DNA of 64,000 nt from an uncultured Ignavibacteria bacterium (GTDB lineage Bacteria; Zixibacteria; MSB-5A5; JAABVY01): the NCBI GenBank assembly GCA_964496505.1, contig CAZBZV010000001.1, positions 117,209 through 181,208 of the forward strand, given 5' to 3'. Under the pieces are notes generated by a model that saw only the letters and a program-made list of their open reading frames with translations, had not been told where the DNA came from and did not search any database. Positions 18,014 to 28,431 of this stretch are shown one piece after another. The translations under genes were made by a program, and so were the position numbers. Within the stretch, counting starts at the first letter, position 1; each line of letters opens with the position of its first letter.

Positions 18014-18694
18014 ATGGCTGATGAATTGGAAGGTAAGGAGCCCGCAATTGAAGAACCCGAACAAACCAAATCAGGATCGGCAGCTTTGAATAAAACAACA
18101 ATTTTAATCGGCGTTGTAACTTTTGTGGTCTTCATGGTAGTGTTTGTAATGCTGGGCGGCAATTCCACCCCGCCCGAGGAGACACAAACCGCAGAAGCAG
18201 TGGAGGATTCCACAGAAACCAAAGAAGAGCATGCCGCTTATGAGGATGAGGATGTCTCACCCGACGGGTGGCATGAAGAGTATTCTGATTATCCCTTTAA
18301 AGAAGGAGGTGATGAAGAGGATTCTGCTATGAGCGAAGAGGATTCCATTGAACATGTTGAATGGTACAAAGCTCAGAAGCAGGAAATCGACAGAGAATTA
18401 GCGAAAGTGAGGGCCGAGTCCGCGCAATTGCAGCAGTTAAAGATGGAGACCAAAGCTCTTCTGGAAAGAAGGAAGCAGCTCGAGGAAACTAATATCGCGA
18501 ATTTGGCCAAGTTGTTTGAAACTATGGACGCGGATGAAGTTGCTAATATCATGGAGAACATACCCAATCCGAAAGTGGGTCTGATACTTCAGAAGATGAA
18601 GAAGCAGAACGCTTCCGAAGTTATGGCACAACTTCCCGCAGAAAGGGCAGCAAAAATATCTATGGAACTAATTGACCTGGGAGGCGAATTTTGA
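18014..18694 (+). CDS. ylxF: flagellar-operon protein with MgtE-N-like domain (B. subtilis YlxF-like), single TM helix and acidic linker
   Basis: C-terminal 'LAKLFETMDADEVANIMENIPNPKVGLILQKMKKQNASEVMAQLPAERAAKI' is MgtE_N-like; position immediately upstream of fliK as in Bacillus. Confidence 0.6.
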   Translation: MADELEGKEPAIEEPEQTKSGSAALNKTTILIGVVTFVVFMVVFVMLGGNSTPPEETQTAEAVEDSTETKEEHAAYEDEDVSPDGWHEEYSDYPFKEGGDEEDSAMSEEDSIEHVEWYKAQKQEIDRELAKVRAESAQLQQLKMETKALLERRKQLEETNIANLAKLFETMDADEVANIMENIPNPKVGLILQKMKKQNASEVMAQLPAERAAKISMELIDLGGEF

Positions 18695-20430
18695 TGCAGG
18701 CCAACATGAAAATGCTTGATTTGCTTGCAGCTCTCATTCCCGGCAATAACCATCTCAACCAGGGCAAAGCGGCCGCAGGAGAAGATAACGGCGGCCTGAT
18801 GTTCTTTGATGTGCTTAATGCTATCACGGAACTGAACCAGAAGGGCGGAAAGAATCCTATGAATTCCGGCTTTCTCAATCCTGACGAGATGGATTTAATT
18901 GCCTCGATGATGGCTGATGGCGGCAAATCTAAAGCTGCGCCTGTTATTATACCCCTTTCAGAGGGAGAAAACAGATTCGTCTCATTAAATCCCGTTGAAT
19001 CAGGATTAATAAATCCAAAAGACATAGATGGTTTTTTGACAGATTCAGCGGTTAAGGCAGAACAGTCTGCCGATTCAAAATCATTGATTCTGGAAAATAT
19101 CCCAGCCACCCCAAGAGGTTCTTCGGACTATTTTATTCCTGCTGATTCAGATATTCAGCAAATATTTTCAATGGATAAGGCCAAAGACAGTCAGCGTTTT
19201 TTGCCGGTAATGGAGATCGCATCTCTGGAAGAGCTGCAAAATTTCAAGCCGGGCGAAAGACTGACATTAAGTATGCCTTTGAATGAAACCGGTCAAGCCG
19301 AAGAAATCAGTTTAATTAAGACCGGTAAAACGGAATCAATGGGAGGCAGGGAGTTTACCAAACTGGAAGTCGAGATTCTCTCCGGCGATAAGCTTTCCAA
19401 ATTGGATGCAGTCATGATTGGGGACAAAGACTCGGGCTCCGGTCAAAAGACTCTTGGCGATCTTTTAGGACGCCTCGAGCAGACCAACGGCCGCGAGGCC
19501 AAACTGGTGGTCTTTGTGCCTGAGGATGCGAAGATGGAACCGCTCAGGAATCATCTCAACCTGCAAAAGGAGCCTTCATTGAAGACCGACAATGCTGCAC
19601 AGGCTGTCAGGACTCAGGAGGTTTCGGGAAGATTTGTCGGCGATGATGCTCTGGCGCAGCTAAGACAACTGGAGATGAGAGAATCCAACCCGGACAAAAA
19701 CAACACGATCTTTAAAGAAGAGGCTGTCTCTCAGGATGACAGACGGCTCAATCTTGCCATAGGAAATGAAGGCAATTCCAAATTCAACCAAAACATGAGC
19801 AACCAGAACTTAAACAACGGCAGTGCAATGAAATCGGCATTTGACTTTGCCAACCCGCAGGGATTATCGGGCGAATCATTTTCCGATAAAATGGGAGAGA
19901 TGCAGTCGAGTGCGTCGACCGACAACAGCGCCGGCCGTGTTGCCGAGGGTATGAAAGCGGATATGCCGGAAATGAGGGACTTATCCCAGTTCAGGAATGT
20001 GGAATTCAAGCTGGAGCCGCCCAAAGGCGGAACCAGGATTCCCGAAGGCGGATATTTCCGGATTAAGCTGGAACCAGAATCTCTCGGCAAAATCGATGTG
20101 GAACTGAGGGTTGAGCATGACAAGCTGGTTGCCAGAATGAAGGTCGACACACCGTTGGCACGACAGGTTGTTGAGGCAAATCTGCCGCAGCTCCGCGAAT
20201 CGCTGCATCAAAACGGCATTAAGGCGGAAAATATAGTGGTTGATCTCAATAGCAATGCCAACAATTCCGACCATAATCCGGAAAACAGCAAAGCCGCTCA
20301 GAACCAGATGTTCCGCAATCTCAGGAACCGGAATTTGGGATTGGAGCCGGATGACGTTCAGAATCTGACGGAGATACCGGCAGCAAATTGGAATTTGAAT
20401 CTAAGAGGAAATCTTTCTCTGTTAGCATAG
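18691..20430 (+). CDS. fliK: flagellar hook-length control protein
   Basis: Long low-complexity central region plus C-terminal FliK domain 'FRIKLEPESLGKIDVELRVEHDKLVARMKVDTPLARQVVEANLPQLRESL'. Confidence 0.8.
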   Translation: MMQANMKMLDLLAALIPGNNHLNQGKAAAGEDNGGLMFFDVLNAITELNQKGGKNPMNSGFLNPDEMDLIASMMADGGKSKAAPVIIPLSEGENRFVSLNPVESGLINPKDIDGFLTDSAVKAEQSADSKSLILENIPATPRGSSDYFIPADSDIQQIFSMDKAKDSQRFLPVMEIASLEELQNFKPGERLTLSMPLNETGQAEEISLIKTGKTESMGGREFTKLEVEILSGDKLSKLDAVMIGDKDSGSGQKTLGDLLGRLEQTNGREAKLVVFVPEDAKMEPLRNHLNLQKEPSLKTDNAAQAVRTQEVSGRFVGDDALAQLRQLEMRESNPDKNNTIFKEEAVSQDDRRLNLAIGNEGNSKFNQNMSNQNLNNGSAMKSAFDFANPQGLSGESFSDKMGEMQSSASTDNSAGRVAEGMKADMPEMRDLSQFRNVEFKLEPPKGGTRIPEGGYFRIKLEPESLGKIDVELRVEHDKLVARMKVDTPLARQVVEANLPQLRESLHQNGIKAENIVVDLNSNANNSDHNPENSKAAQNQMFRNLRNRNLGLEPDDVQNLTEIPAANWNLNLRGNLSLLA

Positions 20431-20439
20431 GGGACAATC

Positions 20440-21105
20440 ATGGTAGATGCAGTCACAAATAACGGATCTTTTTCGGATGTGATGACCAATACTCCCTCGC
20501 AGGAGCTGGGCAAGGAGGAATTCCTTCAGCTTCTGGTGGCGCAGTTACGGCATCAGGATCCTCTTGAGCCGATGCAGGATACAGAGTTTATCGCTCAGAT
20601 GTCCCAATTCTCTTCGCTCGAACAGCTTATCAATATGAACAAGAACCTGACCAACTCAATCGACCTGGATTACATGACCTCGCAGTCAATCGCCAACAGC
20701 ATGGCCACCAGCCTTCTGGGCAAAACAATCACGGCCGATTCGGATATGATCTATCTCAGTGACGATAATGCCGAGATTAATTTCAATCTGGCGGGAGCCG
20801 CGAGCGAAGTCAAGGTCTCGATCTATAATGAAGAAGGCTCGCTTGTGAATGTCCTGTACGACGATTTCACTGCGGCCGGAATGAACAAGATCGAGTGGGA
20901 CGGCAAGAGCATTGACGGACTTCCCGTACCGCAGGGGCAGTACCGCATCGCTGTTGAAGCGGTGGCCGCGGACGGCAGTGAGATCAGCGCCAGGCCGTTT
21001 ATGGTCGGCAAAGCAACCAAGGTTCAATATATGAACGGCGCAGCTTATCTCTTGGTCGACGGCGCTATGGTCATGCTCGGCGACATCGTCGAGGTGGAAG
21101 CATAA
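20440..21105 (+). CDS. flgD: flagellar hook capping/assembly protein
   Basis: 'FLQLLVAQLRHQDPLEPMQDTEFIAQMSQFSSLEQL' FlgD N-domain. Confidence 0.9.
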   Translation: MVDAVTNNGSFSDVMTNTPSQELGKEEFLQLLVAQLRHQDPLEPMQDTEFIAQMSQFSSLEQLINMNKNLTNSIDLDYMTSQSIANSMATSLLGKTITADSDMIYLSDDNAEINFNLAGAASEVKVSIYNEEGSLVNVLYDDFTAAGMNKIEWDGKSIDGLPVPQGQYRIAVEAVAADGSEISARPFMVGKATKVQYMNGAAYLLVDGAMVMLGDIVEVEA

Positions 21106-21113
21106 GGAGCCGA

Positions 21114-21464
21114 ATGATGGATGAGCTGAATTTGCTGAATCAGATAAAAGCCGGTAAGGTTGCCTCACAGACGAGTCAGCCGGAAAAGCAGAGAAACGCC
21201 GAGAAGGCCAATGGTCTGGAATTTTCAAAGCATCTTATGGAAAGGATAAACAGGCGCAAACTGCAGGTAGGGCCCGAGGAAACCCGCAAGCTCTCGGAAG
21301 CGATGAATAAGGCCGAGGCCAAGGGTTCCAAAGACTCGCTTGTACTTTTAAACGATCTGGCCTTCATAGTATCCGTGCACAACCGCACGGTGGTTACAGC
21401 AATGGATAAAAGCAAGATGAATGAGGGCGTTTTCACCAATATTGACAGCGCAATCATAATGTAA
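21114..21464 (+). CDS. small 'flagellar operon protein' (flgD-flgE intergenic family, TIGR02530-like)
   Basis: 116 aa, position between flgD and flgE as in Firmicutes/spirochetes; weak sequence evidence only. Confidence 0.45.
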   Translation: MMDELNLLNQIKAGKVASQTSQPEKQRNAEKANGLEFSKHLMERINRRKLQVGPEETRKLSEAMNKAEAKGSKDSLVLLNDLAFIVSVHNRTVVTAMDKSKMNEGVFTNIDSAIIM

Positions 21465-21528
21465 AGGGTAAGTAATATCAGGGCTGGCCCTCCTTTGAGG
21501 AAGCCTTGTTGTAGGAGGATTTTAAAGA

Positions 21529-23460
21529 ATGATTAGTTCACTGTTTTCAGGAGTTTCAGGGCTGCGCAACCATCAGGTGCGCATGGATGTTCTCGGTAAT
21601 AATATCGCGAATATCAATACGATCGGCTTCAAGTCGAGCCGTGTAACATTTCAGGAGGCCCTGATTCAGACAATGCGCGGCGCGGGCAGACCTTCGGATA
21701 TCTCCGGTGGTACCAATGCGGTACAGCTGGGACTGGGTATGAACGTGGGCGGCATCGACAACCTGTTCTCACAGGGCGGTCTGGAGACCACAGGAAAAAT
21801 TACCGACCTGGCGATTCAGGGTAACGGCTTCTTTGTATTAACCGACGGTGCCGGGGCTGAATATTACAGCCGCGCGGGCGCATTCGGTTTCGATGCCAAC
21901 AGTTATATGGTCAATCCTGCCAACGGCTATTTCGTGATGGGTAAGATGGCCGACGATAACGGTAATATCCCCGCCACTGCAACTGTGGGACAGATTCGTT
22001 TGCCGTTCGGCCAGCAGGATCCGGCCAGGGAGACAGATCAAATCGATTTTGCCAATAATCTTAATTCCGTGGCGACTGATTCAACTGCGAGCCTGGTTTC
22101 GGCCGGAGCAACCGGTATCGATACTGTTACCGGCGTGGCCCGTGACGGCGCAGGCGGCACACATGAGATTACAATCACCGGATCCCAGGCCACATTTTCG
22201 ACTAATACCGGCTTAGCTACAGGTTTGACCGGAAATGAGACTCTGGCATCATTGGGCGTAACCGCTGCCGGAATCGCCGACGGTACCACGGTATCATTAG
22301 ATAATGGCGCGATTTCCGTGAATTTGACAGGTATTACGGTTGATTCCACTGTCAATGATGTGGTTTCAGCCATAAATACTCTTGACGGTGTTACCGCCGA
22401 GCTGAACGGTTCGGGCGAAATCGAAGTCACTCGCAATTTCGCCGGTGACGGTACCACCAAGAATGTGGAAATCACATTTGGGGGCGGCGCCCCGGCAGGC
22501 GAGACAATAGTGGAGAATCTGCTGGACGCCTCTGGTACATTCACAGCCAATAACGGCACGAATCATACATTCGCCGCCACCGATACATTCACTCCTACCG
22601 GAGGAATAGCATATCCGCCAGTCTCACTAGGAATTGAAGTCAGTGATGTGAACGGTCTGGCGACCGGAATAACAGGCGTTGGAGGCGGGGGTGTCAATGT
22701 GCAGTCGACAACCCAGCTTGCGGCCGGCGTTTTGAATATCGAAACGGAACAGACCCAGCATGCAACCTCGATTACGGTTTTCGATTCCCAGGGCGGCAAG
22801 CATACGGCTGTCTGCACCTTCACCAAAACCAAAATCCCGAATCTGTGGAATTGGGAGATGAGCCTGACCGGAGAAGAGATCATAAGATCCGGCTCGACCG
22901 GAACAGTCGAGTTCAATCCGGACGGCTCCATGCTTTCATTTGATTATGACGGCGGAGCACAGGCCTTTTCATTCGATCCCAATAACGGCGCCGATACACT
23001 GACAGTTGATATCAATGCCGGTACTACAGGCGAGTTCAACGGTTTAACCGGATTCGCCTCGAACTTTACCGCCACCGCTGTTAATCAGAACGGTTATGGT
23101 ATGGGTATCCTGGATAAGATCACCATCGATAATGCCGGGTTGATTTACGGTATCTTCACCAACGGTGTTTCACGTGCTCTGGCTCAGTTGACACTGGCAC
23201 AGTTCAACAATGAAGGCGGTCTGATGAAGGAGGGCGAATCTCTGTTTGTAGCTTCGGCCAACTCGGGTGAAGCGGTGCAGGGTGTGGCCGGTGAAACTAT
23301 TTCGGCCTCGATTTCCTCCGGCGCACTGGAGGCGTCGAACGTCGACCTGGCATCGGAGTTCACAGGTATGATAACAGCACAAAGAGGTTTTCAAGCTAAT
23401 GCCCGTGTGATTACGACATCTGATAGTATGCTTGATGAACTGGTTAACCTTAAGAGGTAA
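21529..23460 (+). CDS. flgE: flagellar hook protein with large Gly/Thr-rich variable insert
   Basis: N-terminal rod/hook helix 'MDVLGNNIANINTIGFK' and C-terminal 'ASNVDLASEFTGMITAQRGFQANARVITTSDSMLDELVNL'. Confidence 0.9.
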   Translation: MISSLFSGVSGLRNHQVRMDVLGNNIANINTIGFKSSRVTFQEALIQTMRGAGRPSDISGGTNAVQLGLGMNVGGIDNLFSQGGLETTGKITDLAIQGNGFFVLTDGAGAEYYSRAGAFGFDANSYMVNPANGYFVMGKMADDNGNIPATATVGQIRLPFGQQDPARETDQIDFANNLNSVATDSTASLVSAGATGIDTVTGVARDGAGGTHEITITGSQATFSTNTGLATGLTGNETLASLGVTAAGIADGTTVSLDNGAISVNLTGITVDSTVNDVVSAINTLDGVTAELNGSGEIEVTRNFAGDGTTKNVEITFGGGAPAGETIVENLLDASGTFTANNGTNHTFAATDTFTPTGGIAYPPVSLGIEVSDVNGLATGITGVGGGGVNVQSTTQLAAGVLNIETEQTQHATSITVFDSQGGKHTAVCTFTKTKIPNLWNWEMSLTGEEIIRSGSTGTVEFNPDGSMLSFDYDGGAQAFSFDPNNGADTLTVDINAGTTGEFNGLTGFASNFTATAVNQNGYGMGILDKITIDNAGLIYGIFTNGVSRALAQLTLAQFNNEGGLMKEGESLFVASANSGEAVQGVAGETISASISSGALEASNVDLASEFTGMITAQRGFQANARVITTSDSMLDELVNLKR

Positions 23461-23463
23461 TAG

Positions 23464-23673
23464 ATGATTCAGGTCACACGCCTAAATGACACGAAGCTGG
23501 TTATCAATGCGGATTTGATCGAATTCGTGGAGGAGATTCCGGATACGATTATCTCACTGACTACCGGCAAAAAGATCATGGTGAAAGAAGACGTAAAAGC
23601 AATCATTGAAAAAGTGGCTCAGTTTCGCAGGATGTCTACATGGCATCCTGCCGAAGCTGAACAAAATCTATAG
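23464..23673 (+). CDS. flbD: flagellar protein FlbD
   Basis: 'MIQVTRLNDTKLVINADLIEFVEEIPDTIISLTTGKKIMVKE' matches FlbD family. Confidence 0.85.
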   Translation: MIQVTRLNDTKLVINADLIEFVEEIPDTIISLTTGKKIMVKEDVKAIIEKVAQFRRMSTWHPAEAEQNL

Positions 23674-23685
23674 GAGAGAGCCAAT

Positions 23686-24267
23686 ATGCCAGAAGAACCG
23701 GAAGAGGGACTTTCAGAGGAAGAAATGGAGAATGATTCACCCTCGGAAGAAAGCGGGGGAGGGTCAAACAAGTTTATGATGATCGCGGTGGTGCTGATCG
23801 CACTGCTGGGAGCATACTTCGTTGCCAACGTTGTCGTTAAGCCGATGGTGGGCGGCGGCGGTGGAAAAACCTCCGAAAAAAAAGAGGAAGTCAAGGAAAA
23901 AAAGAAGGACGATCATGGCGGCGGTCATGATTCGCATGGATCTGCTGAAGGAGAACATGCCTCCGATGACGGTATCTTCAGGGTCGAAGGCGTTATTGTG
24001 AATCCTGCCGCAACCGGAGGATCGCGTTTCCTGACAACTACCATCGGTTTTGAACTGAAAGATCCGAGCGATCAGCATGTTTTTAAAAGCAAGGAGATAA
24101 AGATACGCGACGCTCTAATTTCGATTCTGTCTTCCAAGACAGTTTCGGAACTCGCCGACCTGAAATCGCGCGAGATGATCAGAAAACAGATATTGAAATA
24201 TGTCAACCAGATTTGCCAGCCGGCTGAAGCCGAGGCAATCTATTTCGTGGACTTTGTTCTGCAGTAA
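23686..24267 (+). CDS. fliL: flagellar basal-body-associated protein FliL
   Basis: Acidic N-term, single TM, C-terminal FliL domain 'FRVEGVIVNP...RFLTTTIGFELKD'. Confidence 0.8.
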   Translation: MPEEPEEGLSEEEMENDSPSEESGGGSNKFMMIAVVLIALLGAYFVANVVVKPMVGGGGGKTSEKKEEVKEKKKDDHGGGHDSHGSAEGEHASDDGIFRVEGVIVNPAATGGSRFLTTTIGFELKDPSDQHVFKSKEIKIRDALISILSSKTVSELADLKSREMIRKQILKYVNQICQPAEAEAIYFVDFVLQ

Positions 24268-24273
24268 TTAATT

Positions 24274-25254
24274 ATGGCTAAGATATTATCACAGGATGAA
24301 ATTGATGCGCTATTGACAAGCGTGGCCCCGGGAGAAGAAGAGGGCGATGTTGAAATCGAAGAAGAAGAGATAGCGCGGTCTATAGTTGCCTACGATTTCA
24401 AGCATCCCAACCGTGTCTCCAAGGACCAGATTCGAACTCTCGAGAACATACACGACAGCTTTGCAGGGCATCTGGGCTCATCGCTCTCGACAATTCAGCG
24501 GGCGATGGTTGATGTGGAATTGGTCTCGGTAGACCAGATTACCTACAGCGAATTTATCATGTCGCTACTCAATCCGAGTTGCACCTACACGATTTCCATG
24601 GATCCGCTCGAGGGCGCGTGTATAATCGATTTCAGTCCGCCGGTTTGTTTTCTGTTTATCGACAGGATGTTCGGCGGAATGGGCAAGCCGGCTGAGACCG
24701 ATCGTGAATTGACCGGCATCGAGAAATCCGTTATGAATCGAATCGCCACCAAAGTATTCACGGAGTTAGAAGTCGCCTGGGAGCAGATTATAAGCATGAA
24801 CATGAAGCAGGTCGGGTTCGAAACCAATCCGCAGTTCCTGCAGATCGTTCCGCCCGGGGAGACGGTAATCGTGATTTCCTTCAACCTGAAAATGCTGGGA
24901 TCGTCGGGATTGGTTACTATCTGTTATCCCTATGTCACGCTCGAGCCGATTGTGGAAAAACTCTCGGCACAGCATTGGATCGATGCTGGTAAACAGCGCT
25001 CGGTCGAGGACGATTATCAGACCAATTCCGATGCTCTGAAGGATGTGGAGGCGGACCTGACGGCGGTTATGGGACGTACGACCCTCAGAATGGGAGATTT
25101 TTTGAGATTGAGAGTCGGGGATGTGATTCCAATGGATCAGAGCATTCATGATGACATACTGATTAAAGTTGGAAATAAGTATAAATATCTGGGAAAGCCG
25201 GGTATCATAAATAAGCTGATGGCTGTACAGATAACATCGGACTATAAAGTATAG
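24274..25254 (+). CDS. fliM: flagellar motor switch protein FliM
   Basis: N-terminal CheY-P binding 'LSQDEIDALL'; 326 aa. Confidence 0.9.
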   Translation: MAKILSQDEIDALLTSVAPGEEEGDVEIEEEEIARSIVAYDFKHPNRVSKDQIRTLENIHDSFAGHLGSSLSTIQRAMVDVELVSVDQITYSEFIMSLLNPSCTYTISMDPLEGACIIDFSPPVCFLFIDRMFGGMGKPAETDRELTGIEKSVMNRIATKVFTELEVAWEQIISMNMKQVGFETNPQFLQIVPPGETVIVISFNLKMLGSSGLVTICYPYVTLEPIVEKLSAQHWIDAGKQRSVEDDYQTNSDALKDVEADLTAVMGRTTLRMGDFLRLRVGDVIPMDQSIHDDILIKVGNKYKYLGKPGIINKLMAVQITSDYKV

Positions 25255-25264
25255 GAGAATCCCA

Positions 25265-25942
25265 ATGGCGGATGAAGAACTGTTGGACGGGGACGAAGAA
25301 CAAAAAGATCCCGAGGAAGAACAGAATCAAGAGCAGGATTCCGCTCAGGAGCAGGCTCCGGAGAGCGAGGCTTCAGAATCAGCAGACAAAGCTCCGCAGG
25401 AGCCGCAGGGTGAGGTCGCTGTCGATCAGGAAGAACCGGAGCAGGATGAAAAATCGGATCAGGCCGGGCAGGAATCCGAAGGCGAATCATCCGAGGATGA
25501 TTCGGTAGACGACCTGGTCGAGCAACAAATGCTGGCCGAGCTGGAAAAGCTGGAATCCGAAGAGACAGCCGGCGGAGAAGGGGCTGCTGAACAATCCGCT
25601 GGAGGCGGTGAAGAGGAAATAGAGCAGGGTGTTCAGCGTCCGGAATTCCCGTCATTCGGTCAGACCACCAGCGCCTCGGAACAGAAAAACCTTGACCTTC
25701 TTCTTGATGTCAACCTTCCGATATCTATTGAGCTGGGACGTACTTCTATGAAGATCAAAGAGATCCTGAGTCTCGGACCCGGATCAGTGGTGGAACTCAA
25801 GAAACTCGCCGGCGAGCCGGTCGATCTTCTGGTAAATAATAAAATCGTGGCCAAAGGCGAGGTGGTTGTGGTGGACGAGAATTTCGGTCTGCGTATTACC
25901 AGCCTTCTCTCGCCCGAGGAAAGACTGAGGTCGCTGGAATGA
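25265..25942 (+). CDS. fliN: flagellar motor switch protein FliN with acidic N-terminal extension
   Basis: C-terminal SpoA domain 'LLLDVNLPISIELGRTSMKIKEILSLGPGSVVELKKLAGEPVDLLVNNKIVAKGEVVVVDENFGLRIT'. Confidence 0.85.
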   Translation: MADEELLDGDEEQKDPEEEQNQEQDSAQEQAPESEASESADKAPQEPQGEVAVDQEEPEQDEKSDQAGQESEGESSEDDSVDDLVEQQMLAELEKLESEETAGGEGAAEQSAGGGEEEIEQGVQRPEFPSFGQTTSASEQKNLDLLLDVNLPISIELGRTSMKIKEILSLGPGSVVELKKLAGEPVDLLVNNKIVAKGEVVVVDENFGLRITSLLSPEERLRSLE

Positions 25943-26442
25943 GAAAGATAATAATCCCGCTGATATTGATTCTGGCGCTTTCGATGAGCGCTGTATTCGC
26001 CCAGGAGACAGAGGCCGATACGGCAAAGACGATGCAGACACCGGGTTTGTCCGACAATTTGGGACCGACTCTGTTGAGAATGGGCTTTGCTTTGCTGCTG
26101 ATAGTCGGGCTTATATATCTCTCTGTTCTGATGCTTAAGAAGTTCTCCAATGCCCGTATGGGAAAACAGGGGATGGGTGGCACTATCAATGTGGTCGACC
26201 GTCATCACCTGGCGCCCAAAAAGCAGATATGCCTGATTAAGGTCGATAAAAAATACCTCCTGGTGGGAGTGACAGACCAGGCGGTAAATCTGGTAGCCGA
26301 TGTCTCTGACCAAAATTTCGAGCGCAAGGAAGCCGTGGCAAAACCGCAGTACCAGGGCTTCAGTTTCAAGAAATTACTCTCTGATGCAAGGATGAATCTG
26401 CCCATGTTTTCAAAACAGGCCGAGAATCCTCAAAAAAGCTGA
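25939..26442 (+). CDS. fliO: flagellar biosynthesis protein FliO/FliZ
   Basis: Signal peptide/TM helix and 'KQICLIKVDKKYLLVGVTDQAVNLVADV'; located between fliN and fliP. Confidence 0.7.
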   Translation: MRKIIIPLILILALSMSAVFAQETEADTAKTMQTPGLSDNLGPTLLRMGFALLLIVGLIYLSVLMLKKFSNARMGKQGMGGTINVVDRHHLAPKKQICLIKVDKKYLLVGVTDQAVNLVADVSDQNFERKEAVAKPQYQGFSFKKLLSDARMNLPMFSKQAENPQKS

Positions 26443-26444
26443 TT

Positions 26445-27203
26445 ATGTCGAAAAAGCATAAAATATTTCTTATAGTATGTGCAGCGCTGGTAGTTATCGG
26501 GATATTGCCTACCCAGCTTTCAGCGCAGGGTATACCAAAGCTGTCCCTTACGGTGGGCGAGTCCGATTCCCCCCAGGACTTCTCCGCCACCATGAAAATC
26601 CTGATAGGTTTGACCGTCCTGGCATTGGTGCCGACTATTCTGGTCATGGTAACCTCCTTTGTGAGGATAATAGTCGTTATCATGATGACCCGCCGTGCAA
26701 TGGGTACGCCGCAGATGCCGCCCTCGCAGGTGTTGATGGGGATGGCCCTGATTTTGACTATATTTGTTATGGCTCCGGTATTCAACCAGGTTTATACCGA
26801 TGCTGTCAAACCCTATATAGAGGGAGAGATGAGCAAGGAAGATGCATATAAGACCGGCATCGAACCGATCCGTAATTTCATGTTCAAGCAAACCCGTGAA
26901 CAGGATATCGAGCTTTTTGCCAAATTCGCAAAAATAGAGAAACCGAAAACCCGTGCAGACCTGCCGACTTATGTTCTGATCCCGAGCTTCTTGATCTCGG
27001 AGCTAAGGACGGCATTTCAGATATCATTCGTTATCTTCATACCATTTCTTGTGATCGATATGGTGGTGGCGTCTGTGCTGATGTCGATGGGTATGATGAT
27101 GCTGCCGCCGATTATGGTGGCGCTGCCCTTTAAGGTGCTGTTGTTCGTGATGGTTGACGGATGGTATCTGATCATACAATCACTGGTCGCATCATTTTAC
27201 TGA
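26445..27203 (+). CDS. fliP: flagellar export apparatus protein FliP
   Basis: 'ILVMVTSFVRIIVVIMMTRRAMGTPQMPPSQVLMGMALILTIFVMAPV'. Confidence 0.95.
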   Translation: MSKKHKIFLIVCAALVVIGILPTQLSAQGIPKLSLTVGESDSPQDFSATMKILIGLTVLALVPTILVMVTSFVRIIVVIMMTRRAMGTPQMPPSQVLMGMALILTIFVMAPVFNQVYTDAVKPYIEGEMSKEDAYKTGIEPIRNFMFKQTREQDIELFAKFAKIEKPKTRADLPTYVLIPSFLISELRTAFQISFVIFIPFLVIDMVVASVLMSMGMMMLPPIMVALPFKVLLFVMVDGWYLIIQSLVASFY

Positions 27204-27213
27204 GGAGTATAAT

Positions 27214-27483
27214 ATGACACCGGAATATGTACTGGCTTTAGGACGTGAAGCGGTAATGCTCACATTAATGGTATCGGGCCCGATGCTTCTTTTCGGCCTG
27301 ATAATCGGCCTGACAATTTCAATCCTTCAGGCGGTCACTCAGATTCATGAGATGACTCTGACATTTATACCCAAAATCGTGGCAGTCGCCGTAGCGCTGG
27401 TGATCTTTCTGCCCTGGATGATTACAATTATTGTAGATTTTACGCGTAACCTGTTTATCTCTATTCCTGCTCTGGCGAGCTGA
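27214..27483 (+). CDS. fliQ: flagellar export apparatus protein FliQ
   Basis: 89 aa, two TM helices, position after fliP. Confidence 0.9.
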   Translation: MTPEYVLALGREAVMLTLMVSGPMLLFGLIIGLTISILQAVTQIHEMTLTFIPKIVAVAVALVIFLPWMITIIVDFTRNLFISIPALAS

Positions 27484-27645
27484 AGAAATTCTTTCCCAAA
27501 AGATAGAAAATATTTTCCGAAAAGCGCCCACAACTTTCCCTCAAAAACACCTATAAGATATTGTTTCACAATGGGATAGTAATTGCCGCCTGAGGCGGCA
27601 TAGGGCTTGCTAATCTATATCACAGTTAAACTTATAGCCTGAATT

Positions 27646-28428
27646 ATGAATATTTTAGATTTTGCACATTTACGATTAGAAGTCGTTTTATTCGCTTTTT
27701 TCAGAATCACCGGCTTGTTTCTGATCGCCCCATTGTTCAGTCAGCAGGGAATGCCGGGACACCTGAAAATCATGTTCTCCCTGATCCTGGCATTGATTAT
27801 AAGCCCGGTTGTGGCCGAGCAGTCTTTTGAGGTACCCCAGCATCTGCTGGACGTAATCTCGCTCGGACTGAAAGAAATGCTGGTGGGCATTTTGATCGGT
27901 TTTGTTTTCTACACTCTCTTTGTAGGTGTGCAGATGGCCGGTGCGTTCGTGGGATTTCAGATGGGCTTCGCCATCGTTAACGTGATCGATCCGGTAACCT
28001 CACAGCAGATATCGATTCTGGCACAATTCAAATTTATCATGGCCATGTTGATATTTTTCCTTCTCAACGGCCATCACCTGATGCTTCAGGCTCTGGTTTC
28101 GAGTTACACGCTTGTCCCCATAGGGGAGGCTGTCTTTAAATATTCGGTACATTCCGAAATTGCAAAATTGATAATAGGTGTTTTTGTCATCGCTATTAAA
28201 CTTGCCGCACCTGTAATGGCAACTCTGGTTCTAACCGATGTCGGACTGGGTGTCGTTTCCCGTACGGTCCCGCAGATGAATATTTTCATCGTAGGCTTTC
28301 CTCTGAAAATCGCCCTGGGACTGTTCTTCACAGGCGCCGCACTTCCGATTTTCGGGATTGTATTTCGCAAAGCGCTGGCAATGATAAACGAGGAATCTTA
28401 CAAAATCATGAGTTTACTGGCGAGGTAG
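27646..28428 (+). CDS. fliR: flagellar export apparatus protein FliR
   Basis: 260-aa polytopic membrane protein; 'RITGLFLIAPLF' FliR N-terminus. Confidence 0.9.
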   Translation: MNILDFAHLRLEVVLFAFFRITGLFLIAPLFSQQGMPGHLKIMFSLILALIISPVVAEQSFEVPQHLLDVISLGLKEMLVGILIGFVFYTLFVGVQMAGAFVGFQMGFAIVNVIDPVTSQQISILAQFKFIMAMLIFFLLNGHHLMLQALVSSYTLVPIGEAVFKYSVHSEIAKLIIGVFVIAIKLAAPVMATLVLTDVGLGVVSRTVPQMNIFIVGFPLKIALGLFFTGAALPIFGIVFRKALAMINEESYKIMSLLAR

Positions 28429-28431
28429 CAA

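Noticed and set aside
21900-23000. Internal Gly/Thr/Asn-rich repetitive stretch in flgE as an independent repeat feature
   Set aside because: It is the variable surface domain typical of hook proteins, in frame and flanked by conserved FlgE termini.
25242-26313. Minus-strand ORFs 25242..25655 and 25660..26313 overlapping fliN/fliO
   Set aside because: Proline/arginine-rich translations antisense to conserved flagellar genes; no start context.
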